Of a stretch of 64,000 nucleotides of DNA, positions 43,667 to 53,234 are shown one piece after another. Origin of the DNA: TPA_inf: Saccharomyces (lineage: Eukaryota); NCBI GenBank assembly GCA_000146045.2, contig BK006936.2, forward strand, positions 736,001 through 800,000, written 5' to 3'. The translations under genes and the position numbers were made by a program. Numbering within the stretch: the first letter of the stretch is position 1; each line of letters begins with the position of its first letter. The notes below the pieces were generated by a model. It searched no databases, was not told where the DNA came from, and saw nothing but the letters and a program-made list of their open reading frames with translations.

Positions 43667-44377
43667 ATGAATAATCAGCCGCAGGGTACCAACAGCGTTC
43701 CAAATAGTATTGGAAATATATTTAGCAACATTGGAACTCCATCTTTTAACATGGCGCAAATTCCGCAACAGCTGTATCAGAGCCTCACACCACAACAATT
43801 GCAGATGATTCAGCAACGACACCAACAGTTACTGAGGAGTCGTCTACAACAACAACAACAACAACAACAACAAACTTCACCGCCACCGCAAACGCATCAA
43901 TCTCCACCCCCTCCTCCGCAACAATCTCAACCCATTGCTAATCAATCAGCGACTTCTACCCCTCCTCCTCCTCCAGCACCACACAACTTACATCCCCAAA
44001 TTGGTCAAGTGCCCTTAGCTCCAGCGCCTATTAATTTGCCTCCACAAATTGCTCAGTTACCTTTGGCTACACAGCAACAAGTTTTGAACAAGTTGAGGCA
44101 GCAGGCCATAGCAAAAAATAATCCACAGGTTGTGAATGCAATTACTGTTGCACAACAACAAGTGCAACGCCAAATTGAGCAGCAAAAGGGACAGCAAACG
44201 GCACAAACTCAGCTAGAACAGCAGAGGCAATTGCTGGTTCAGCAGCAACAGCAGCAGCAACTTAGAAACCAAATACAGCGACAACAGCAACAACAGTTTA
44301 GGCATCATGTGCAAATACAACAGCAGCAACAAAAGCAACAACAACAGCAGCAGCAGCATCAGCAACAACAACAACAA

Positions 44378-44430
<53 letters not shown>

Positions 44431-46384
44431 ACAACAACAACAACAGCAGCAGCAGCAGCAGCAGCAGCAAGGACAAATACCGCAATCTCAGCAAGTTCCT
44501 CAAGTTAGATCCATGAGTGGACAACCTCCCACCAATGTTCAGCCAACTATTGGCCAACTTCCTCAACTTCCAAAATTAAACTTACCCAAGTACCAAACTA
44601 TTCAATACGATCCACCAGAAACCAAGCTACCATATCCAACCTATTGGTCAGACAAAAAAGCAGATACGGATACTTTGTTGTACGAACAAATTATCCAGCG
44701 TGATAAAATTAACAAATATTCGCTAATAAGAGAAACCAATGGTTACGATCCGTTTAGCATTTATGGATTTAGTAATAAAGAGTATATTAGTAGACTGTGG
44801 CATACACTGAAGTATTATCAAGATTTGAAGAACACTAGAATGAAATCTATCACAAGCACTTCTCAGAAGATTCCTTCGGCAAGTATTTGGGGAAATGGTT
44901 ACTCAGGGTATGGTAATGGGATTACGAATACAACTACCAGAGTTATTCCACAAGTAGAAGTTGGAAATAGGAAGCATTACCTAGAGGATAAATTAAAAGT
45001 CTATAAACAGGCCATGAATGAGACATCGGAACAGTTAGTTCCCATAAGATTGGAGTTCGATCAAGATCGTGACAGATTCTTCCTCAGGGACACTTTGTTA
45101 TGGAACAAAAATGACAAGCTTATTAAAATTGAAGACTTTGTGGACGACATGTTGCGAGATTACCGATTTGAGGACGCTACGAGAGAGCAACACATTGATA
45201 CTATTTGTCAATCTATACAAGAGCAGATTCAGGAGTTTCAAGGAAATCCATATATAGAGTTGAATCAGGACCGTCTAGGCGGTGATGACTTGAGAATTAG
45301 AATCAAGCTGGATATTGTCGTGGGACAAAACCAGTTAATCGATCAATTTGAGTGGGACATCTCTAATAGTGATAACTGTCCAGAAGAGTTTGCAGAGTCC
45401 ATGTGTCAAGAATTAGAACTACCAGGTGAGTTTGTGACTGCCATTGCTCACTCCATAAGAGAGCAAGTTCATATGTATCATAAATCACTGGCACTGTTAG
45501 GTTACAATTTTGATGGATCAGCGATAGAAGATGATGACATTAGAAGCAGAATGCTCCCAACGATTACTCTTGATGATGTTTATAGGCCTGCAGCGGAAAG
45601 CAAAATTTTTACTCCAAACCTATTACAGATTTCAGCTGCAGAGTTAGAGAGATTGGATAAAGATAAGGACAGAGACACAAGAAGGAAAAGAAGACAAGGT
45701 AGATCTAATAGACGTGGTATGCTCGCATTGTCCGGCACATCTGCAAGTAATACATCTATGAACGGCGTTCACAACACAGTAGCAGCAGGAAATGCTTCAT
45801 CGTTGCCACCAGGAGAGATTTTACTGCCAGATATTGCAGATATTCCAAGAACTTTCAGGACTCCAGTACCTAGCACTTTAATGCCTGGTGGTGTTGACGT
45901 AGGCCCTTCTGTGGAATCGTACGAATTGAGAAACACAACCACTTATAAAAGCAGGCCAGATAGACCTAAGCCAGTTTCACCTCCTTGTTATATTATTGAC
46001 CATATTCCGGGTCATTCGCTACTACTTTCTATTAAACTGCCTGGGAAAGTTAATACAAAAGAAGAGTTCGCAGCAGCGCCCAATGACACAAGTAGTGGCA
46101 CCAATGCAATGCTTCCGAGTCCAGAATCGCTGAAAACTAAGCTGAATAGTAACATTCGCGCTGGTGTGACGATACCTTCAATCCCAAACCCGATTGCCAA
46201 TCACACTGTTACTAATTCACCCAATCCCACACTGCAGCCAGTAATCCCAGGTGGGGCAGCTAGTAAATCGGTACCTACACCTAGTCTTCCTATAGCACCT
46301 CCAGTAGCACCACATGATAGCGAAGCGACATTGTTGACTAATAGCAATAATGGTAGCAGTAACAATAACACACAGAATACATAG
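43667..46384 (+). CDS. SNF5: SWI/SNF chromatin remodelling complex core subunit (905 aa); YBR289W
   Basis: Q/P-rich N-terminus, a long polyQ tract, the conserved SNF5/INI1 repeat domain (RLEFDQDRDRFFLRDTLLWNKND ... FEWDISN) and an S/T/N-rich C-terminus. Confidence 0.95.
43843..43872 (+). repeat. (CAA)n trinucleotide repeat encoding Q9-10 in SNF5
   Basis: caacaacaacaacaacaacaacaacaa read directly. Confidence 0.9.
44317..44469 (+). repeat. Mixed CAG/CAA trinucleotide repeat of about 150 nt encoding the main SNF5 polyQ tract
   Basis: Near-uninterrupted CAR codons read directly. The translation is QQQQKQQQQQQQHQ followed by 40 or more Q. Confidence 0.92.
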
Positions 46385-46590
46385 AAAATATATACACATA
46401 TATAAAATATACCGGAGATGTAAATAACCGTGGAAGAATTTGTATTATCATCGTGTTATACGATGCGGAGTCCCTTTGCGCCTACTTTTTTTAGAAGAAT
46501 AGTACATAACCTTTATAAAAATCTTCCAATTTAGATACATAAAAAGAGCATGAGAATAACAAGAACACGTAGTCTAGGAAACTAAGCGCT

Positions 46591-47556
46591 ATGCCAGAGC
46601 AAGAACTACTTATAGGGCAAGAAATGAATACACTTCATGCAGGTTCATCTACTGATGGCATAAATGTCGGAAACGCAGGACGAACTAGAGACACACAAAC
46701 TGGCGTAGAAGGGGAAACGGAAATAGGGTCTGACGAGGAAGATAGCATAGAGGACGAGGGAAGCAGCAGTGGAGGAAATAGTACGACAGAAAGACTAGTA
46801 CCACACCAGCTGAGGGAACAAGCAGCCAGACATATAGGAAAAATAGGAAGACATTTTAATATTCTTGATAGACTTTTTAAGAAACGTACACAACAGTCTT
46901 CGGATATACAACAAGGTGCCATGTTTGATGGTGTCTTTAGCAATTTAAGCGCAAAACCAGATACCACAGAGACTGAAGGTAATAACGAACAAGACATACC
47001 ACCTACATACGACGAAGCTGCTGCTGATATGGCCCCCTCGTATTATGGAATGGATTTGAACAATTCAGATATCTACTACGACGAAATATGCATTGAGGGG
47101 CTTCCTGTAGGAAATATAGCAAATTTATTATGGAATATCATCGTAAGCACGAGTTTTCAGTTCATTGGATTTTTAATAACCTACATTTTACACACATCTC
47201 ACGCAGCAAAGCAAGGTTCAAGGTTTGGATTAGGGTTAACGTTCATTGGATATGGTTATTCAATGATTCCCAATGATGTTACTTCAAAAGTCGGCAAAAA
47301 TAAAAGCTTAAATAGAATGGAATTAGAGGATCCAAATGAATTCGATGATGTTCGTCTAAATTCACAATCAACGACACAAGATAAATTTGAATCACATTTG
47401 AATCACGGTCTGGATGAAGAAAAACAAAACATACCATGGTTGGCTGTTTTTGTGGCATTTCTTGGGCTATTTATCACCCTGAAGAGTATATACGACTACA
47501 TTCAAGTCAAAAAATTGGAAAAGAAATACCTCAACCAAAGTCAAAATCAAGCATAA
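46591..47556 (+). CDS. BSD2: Metal-homeostasis adaptor for Rsp5 with membrane segments and PPxY motif (321 aa); YBR290W
   Basis: PPTY motif, hydrophobic TM segments in the C-terminal half (LLWNIIVSTSFQFIGFLITYIL) and an acidic/S-rich N-terminus. Confidence 0.87.
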   Translation: MPEQELLIGQEMNTLHAGSSTDGINVGNAGRTRDTQTGVEGETEIGSDEEDSIEDEGSSSGGNSTTERLVPHQLREQAARHIGKIGRHFNILDRLFKKRTQQSSDIQQGAMFDGVFSNLSAKPDTTETEGNNEQDIPPTYDEAAADMAPSYYGMDLNNSDIYYDEICIEGLPVGNIANLLWNIIVSTSFQFIGFLITYILHTSHAAKQGSRFGLGLTFIGYGYSMIPNDVTSKVGKNKSLNRMELEDPNEFDDVRLNSQSTTQDKFESHLNHGLDEEKQNIPWLAVFVAFLGLFITLKSIYDYIQVKKLEKKYLNQSQNQA

Positions 47557-47672
47557 GCCATCTTCTTCATTATGATAAAAAGAGATATATAACTTTTTTA
47601 AGTGATCGGCTGGTAAATAGACTTATAACGAGTAGAAAACATTAGATGATATATTGTACACAATAATACATT

Positions 47673-48572
47673 TCAGGCTAGCATAACTAAGACCTTTTCA
47701 TAGATAGTGAAAACAATACCACCACTCAAGACCAATCTCCCAAGTCTAGGCGTAGCACCTTTCCAAAACGTCTTTAACCCTTCTTCTTTGAAAATGGTTG
47801 CAAAACAATTCATTGTAGAGGAGTATTTGGTGGAATCCAAACTTTGCATTCTTGTTTTCACAGTATCAAGGGGCATGGTGGAATAGACCGTCACAATACC
47901 ACTAAATGCACCCACTAAGAAGGTTAACCCGGATGATAAAGGTTTGTCTTTTGGCGAATCCGTATAATCTTGGATCAAGGTCTTAATCTTATTGTAACAA
48001 CCCAATCTAACGGCTTGGTTTGCGGCCTGTCTCATGGAAACTGGCAAAACACCACGATAAAGACCAGAAAATCCTTTATCACGGACTAATGATGAATAGT
48101 TTCGTACTACACCGCGCCCATTATTATGGTATTTTGGTGTAGCAGATTGTTTATCATCGATCAAAGCAGTTTTGATTGCTTCAAAAGGAGTCACTGCGGC
48201 AACACTTTCTAATAGTCCCGCACCTAACCCAGCTATCACCCCTCTTGTACCACTTAGTTCTCCAGTTTCACTATCTCTTAGCATGTCTTTAATGGTATCA
48301 AAGCCAAGAAATCTAATACCCGCCTTAGCGGTGTTTCCAATAATAAATGCGGGACATCCGACATAAATGGAACCAATGCCCTGAGTTTTTGCAGTTTTAT
48401 ATATCAATACCAGAGGATTTCTTGATGCCTTGGAGGCCTTATCAATCAGCTGCAGCCTTGTTTTGGCAAACTCAAAAGGATATGTTATACATGCTTCAGC
48501 AGCACCGGCTAGGGACCCTGCCAGAAACGAGTGCAATGGATCTACGTCACTTTTGGTAGCTTTACTGGACAT
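47673..48572 (-). CDS. CTP1: Mitochondrial citrate/tricarboxylate carrier (299 aa); YBR291C
   Basis: Three mitochondrial-carrier repeats carrying the P-x-[DE]-x-x-[KR] signatures PFEFAKTRLQ, PFEAIKTALI and PLDTVKTRMQ. Confidence 0.92.
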   Translation of the reverse strand: MSSKATKSDVDPLHSFLAGSLAGAAEACITYPFEFAKTRLQLIDKASKASRNPLVLIYKTAKTQGIGSIYVGCPAFIIGNTAKAGIRFLGFDTIKDMLRDSETGELSGTRGVIAGLGAGLLESVAAVTPFEAIKTALIDDKQSATPKYHNNGRGVVRNYSSLVRDKGFSGLYRGVLPVSMRQAANQAVRLGCYNKIKTLIQDYTDSPKDKPLSSGLTFLVGAFSGIVTVYSTMPLDTVKTRMQSLDSTKYSSTMNCFATIFKEEGLKTFWKGATPRLGRLVLSGGIVFTIYEKVLVMLA

Positions 48573-48662
48573 CGGTAAAATGCTAATTTATAATTCAAGC
48601 TCTACTTTGGAGTTCTTTCATTGTGACATCAAAATGTTTTTAATTTTACGTTGGCTTCGACA

Positions 48663-48673
48663 TTTTACGTTTT
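48663..48673 (+). promoter_or_regulatory. Perfect 11/11 match to the ARS consensus sequence WTTTAYRTTTW (ttttacgtttt), about 90 bp upstream of CTP1
   Basis: Pattern match read directly. No functional evidence. The 11-mer is common in AT-rich DNA. Confidence 0.2.
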
Positions 48674-48701
48674 ATATATCACGCTAAAGTGAGACTAAAT
48701 T

Positions 48702-49073
48702 TCATTGTTCTTCTTTTTTTTTTTTTTCACTTCTAATAATTGAAAATTCCGCAGGAATTCTTCCATATTCTTGACTCTTCAGTAAGACTAACTTAATGGA
48801 AATAGAGAAAATAGTACATATTTGAAAAAAAAAAAAGAGGTGTTGAAATGATTTGAGAATATTAAATAGCTTACAAGCGTTAGCCGAGTTCCCAGACAGC
48901 AGAGTTTCTACCCTGTGCTCTTTGTTGGCGGCTTTATTGATGAGGAATATAAAAATGTAATTAGGCAAACCTACGCGCGAAAATATAAGAAGCAAAGATA
49001 TAAAGTGTAGTATATTTGAATATTTACATGAACGAAACGGCGACGTATAATGGTAATCGGCTGGGAACTTCAT
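48702..49073 (-). other. Dubious ORF (123 aa); YBR292C
   Basis: ORF in an AT-rich intergenic region containing the T14 run at 48724..48737. No domain. Confidence 0.3.
48724..48737. repeat. Poly(dT) tract (T14) in the CTP1 promoter region
   Basis: Homopolymer read directly. Confidence 0.9.
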
Positions 49074-51005
49074 TAAAAAGTCAAGATGTAAGTTACCTCT
49101 TAGTAAGAAGAGTTATTGCAGCAAGCTTAGTATCAATAGGGAGACTCTGTCATGTAAAAAAATAAATGAACACAATCATAACCTCTTCGACTGGGCTATT
49201 CGTTGTATAGTATATGTGGTGGAGTGTAATGAATGAAGTTCTCAGAAGCTTGAAAGCATATCAAAATCACGTATTGACTATGACAGATTCTTGTTTCTTG
49301 CTCCATTACTCCATTCGAGTTTTTCACAACTTTTGTCGTTCGTCTATAACATCTCTTTTTTTTCCCACTCTTCTAAAATATTGGCATAGCTGACATGTTT
49401 GGAACCGAATAAGCAATTACAATACGACAGTAAAATAAAAGCATGTTATTGCTGCTTGTAGAGAATTCCTGCATATGTAACTTTCTCATTCCGACGGGAT
49501 AAGTTCATAAACTAATCAGCGATGAGTTGCGGAAAATTCGTCAATAGAATATTTTCCAGTCAGTGGTGGTCCCAGTGGCCTGCAACCTAATGGCTATAGT
49601 TCTGGATAATAAATTGGGCAAAGGTCAGTATAAAGAATGAATGTATCAGGCCGTAATTGAAGCTTTCAAGTCCAGGTGAAAGGCCAAATCGACAATTAGC
49701 GAAAACAGGATTTTTTTACCAACTTGAAATAGTGACTGCTGTCTTTTTGCCTGATTAAGTGGTTATATATTTCAACTAATATCACAACAAAAGGCCTCTC
49801 AAAATTTGTGGCGAAGTGTACATCCTGGGTGCTCAGGTAAGCGTCGTCTTCGTATTTTTTTTTTTTCAACAGTAGTTTGGAAATAATGCTCTTCGAGGAA
49901 TGCGAGCGGAAATGTTATCCACTGTATAAGTCGATATTTTAAGGGACGCTAAATATATCATCATAGCTCGTCTATTGGTGGCTTCTCCAATTGCACTTTC
50001 AATGCATTATGGTAAAGTGTGGTGATAAGGCATAGTGATGTTTACAGAGGTCTGTTGGTTTCTCTGGGCTCGCTCATCATCCGACCAGTAACCTTGTGGG
50101 GTTTCACATATTGTTCTATGCATTATTATCACGGATTTGTGCCTGCAAATGCTGTTTCTTTGGCTTTTCTTTCTAAAAAAATTATGATATATATATTGTT
50201 CCTCCTTGTTTAACAGGCTTTACGGTATTGTGGATCCTAGTAATAGGCGTACTTTTCTTCATTTACATATTTGAACAATATATGTCTCACAAGTAGTTGA
50301 CCGAATAGCGTTACGTAAGGGTCAAAAACCTTTTCAGAATTGTATATATGACATTTTTAGAACATGATATAATAAACAGAATATAAAAGAAAATAGAGAC
50401 GACGTACCATGGCATGAAGAATTGTACTGATATCACATTGTGTTGAGCACTGATAGATTAATACTATATTTCTGCTAGGTGCGGGGGGTAACATGTCCTA
50501 ATGTGTGGCAACCACATTCTAAGGCTCGGTAAGTGATGCGATATATGTGCATGTGTGGCTTTCTTCCTAATTTGCTATTAGATGATTGTGTGCAAATCCA
50601 CAGAAATATACAATTTCGAGAATATATATACTAGTTATCGTTATAAGAACACACAGTATTGGCCAATTCTTGCCTCTGAATGGTACAAAATGCTTTAAAA
50701 TGTAGTAAATGAAACATTAATTCCAAATCAGATTTTTTTTCGCAATGCTTAAATCTAGTAAACACAAAGTACTACCGAAAAGCAAGGATGGAAACTATGG
50801 CAGTATTGAAGAGACTGAAATTCCTTCTGTCGACTACAGTGAAGACTTAGATGAGGACTTGGACAAAGGCGAAGATATAGCGCTTTCAAGAATCCCAAAT
50901 TGATGGATTATTGAAGCTACTCTTTTTTCTAATGTCTTTTTGTCCGGTTTTGACGGAACCGTTACAGCTTCGACGTACCAAACGATTGGTAACGAATTTA
51001 ATCAG

Positions 51006-52430
51006 ATGAGTATTTCAAATTGGATCACCACTGCGTATTTAATTACATCAACATCTTTTCAACCTCTTTATGGGTCATTTTCTGATGCACTTGGTCGAAG
51101 AAACTGCCTTTTCTTTGCTAATGGGGCTTTTACCATTGGATGTCTAGCCTGTGGTTTCTCGAAAAACATCTACATGCTTAGTTTTATGAGAGCATTGACA
51201 GGCATAGGAGGTGGTGGCTTGATCACACTTTCTACAATCGTAAATTCAGACGTTATTCCAAGTTCGAAAAGAGGAATTTTTCAAGCGTTTCAGAATTTAC
51301 TTTTGGGATTTGGTGCCATATGTGGAGCGTCTTTCGGTGGCACAATAGCGTCGAGCATTGGTTGGAGGTGGTGTTTTCTCATCCAAGTACCCATATCTGT
51401 GATTAGTTCCATATTAATGAATTATTATGTACCTAATCAGAAAGAATATAATCGTCAAAATTCTAGCATATTCCAAAATCCCGGAAAAATACTCAGGGAC
51501 ATAGATGTTATGGGCTCAATTCTTATTATAACTGGTCTCACACTACAGCTTCTTTACCTGAGCCTGGGGTGTTCTACTTCTAAATTATCATGGACCAGCC
51601 CTTCTGTGCTACTGCTATTAGTTGGGAGTGTAATAATCCTCTTACTGTTCATATTGCACGAAAGGAAAACAAGTGCTAGAGCGATTATTCCTATGGAGCT
51701 GGTCAATTCCTCCTACAGTGTCGTTGTACTTTCGATAAGTATACTTGTTGGTTTTGCCAGCTACGCGTATCTTTTTACTTTACCATTATTCTTTCAGATT
51801 GTACTTGGAGATTCCACTGCAAAAGCAGGATTACGTCTTACGATTCCTTCCCTATTTACTCCGGTAGGCAGTCTCATAACAGGATTTTCCATGAGCAAGT
51901 ACAACTGTCTAAGATTATTACTCTACATTGGTATTTCTTTGATGTTTTTGGGTAACTTTTTATTCCTGTTTATTGAAAAAACTTCTCCGAACTGGTTGAT
52001 TGGTCTATTTTTGATACCTGCAAATCTAGGACAAGGTATCACTTTTCCTACGACCTTGTTTACTTTCATATTTATGTTCTCTAAGAGTGACCAAGCTACT
52101 GCGACATCAACTTTATATTTATTCCGTAGTATTGGATCTGTATGGGGTGTTGCAATTTCAGCTGGCGTCATTCAATTATCTTTCGCAGGTTTATTGCGTA
52201 GTAATTTGAAAGGTCTACTGGATGAAAACAAGATAAAGAAACTTATTGTTCAGCTTAGTGCAAACTCCTCATATATTGGATCTTTACATGGCGAAGTTAA
52301 AAACACAGTCATAAAGAGTTTTGATGAGGCAACAAAGAGGGCTCATCTAATGTCTACATTACTCTCTTCATTGGCCCTGATACTCTGCATCCTTAAAGAC
52401 AATCTGGCGAAACCTAAAACAAGAAGATAA
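51006..52430 (+). CDS. VBA2: Vacuolar basic amino acid MFS transporter (474 aa from the reference ATG); YBR293W
   Basis: MFS (DHA-type) hydropathy and motifs. The in-frame ORF continues upstream to a TTG at 50940 and, past a single TGA at 50901, to an ATG at 50745. See the finding on 50745..51008. Confidence 0.85.
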   Translation: MSISNWITTAYLITSTSFQPLYGSFSDALGRRNCLFFANGAFTIGCLACGFSKNIYMLSFMRALTGIGGGGLITLSTIVNSDVIPSSKRGIFQAFQNLLLGFGAICGASFGGTIASSIGWRWCFLIQVPISVISSILMNYYVPNQKEYNRQNSSIFQNPGKILRDIDVMGSILIITGLTLQLLYLSLGCSTSKLSWTSPSVLLLLVGSVIILLLFILHERKTSARAIIPMELVNSSYSVVVLSISILVGFASYAYLFTLPLFFQIVLGDSTAKAGLRLTIPSLFTPVGSLITGFSMSKYNCLRLLLYIGISLMFLGNFLFLFIEKTSPNWLIGLFLIPANLGQGITFPTTLFTFIFMFSKSDQATATSTLYLFRSIGSVWGVAISAGVIQLSFAGLLRSNLKGLLDENKIKKLIVQLSANSSYIGSLHGEVKNTVIKSFDEATKRAHLMSTLLSSLALILCILKDNLAKPKTRR

Positions 52431-52819
52431 ACAATATATACCTATGCCCTTGACCGACTCAATTGATACATTAACAGTATTGAAACTAGATATTCTACTT
52501 GACACTAAACTTTTTTTGTATTTCGTGGAATTGCAACGTTTCTAATTGACCGACAGTGCTGAACTGTGAGCGAATGCAACTATCTCTATAGTTTTTTTAT
52601 CCTCTGTAAACTTTAACTAAATACATACTACTTTCATAATCTGTGAATAAGATGTGGCTGTGATAACCTAAAATAGTCACAAACCAATGAAAAAAGGCTT
52701 CAGAAAACTTGCTGTAAAGTCCCCCCACTTTTTTGTGTTACCGCCACCTCGAGTGCACTTTTTTTAATAAAGATCTCGTGTAATTGTCCAAATCTGACTT
52801 TTTCTTATAGTCTCGCTGG

Positions 52820-52829
52820 AACCACAGTG
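52820..52829 (-). promoter_or_regulatory. Met31/Met32-like core (CTGTGG on the minus strand, partial match to AAACTGTGG), about 410 bp upstream of SUL1
   Basis: aaccacagtg read directly. It is a partial consensus match only. Confidence 0.2.
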
Positions 52830-53234
52830 CGGCTTTGCAATTTTGCAAATCGGAATTTGAGTCACAGATCCCAGAAAAACTCCACACCTTCCCCACGCAG
52901 CAAGCGATAACGAACAAGTTGTCAAATTAGACCCATAATAATTTTGAACACTTCTACCTGTTCATGTCTTTTCTCGAACACTGTCATTTGAAATTATGCA
53001 CTGTGAAAAAAAGAAACAAAGACCAAAAGAATAATATAAATAGTGAAGTAAAATGTGTTGTAATGCACATGGATCTTGTACTGCTCAAACTTAATATTTC
53101 TATTGTAGAAAAATTTTCGATTTAAAATTGTGAAACCGATTATATAAAAGTATATTAGCTGACATTAACGTCTCAAAACCAGGTCAATAGCTTTAAAAAT
53201 AAAAATAAATCCCTGCAGAATACTCGGAAAGAAT

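Noticed and set aside
44213-44566. 117-aa poly-leucine ORF on the minus strand
   Set aside because: It is the antisense reading of the SNF5 CAG/CAA repeat (CTG/TTG codons) and entirely an artefact of the trinucleotide repeat.
50019-50213. 64-aa ORF in the CTP1/VBA2 interval
   Set aside because: It has no motif and no flanking signals and is indistinguishable from chance ORFs in AT-rich DNA.
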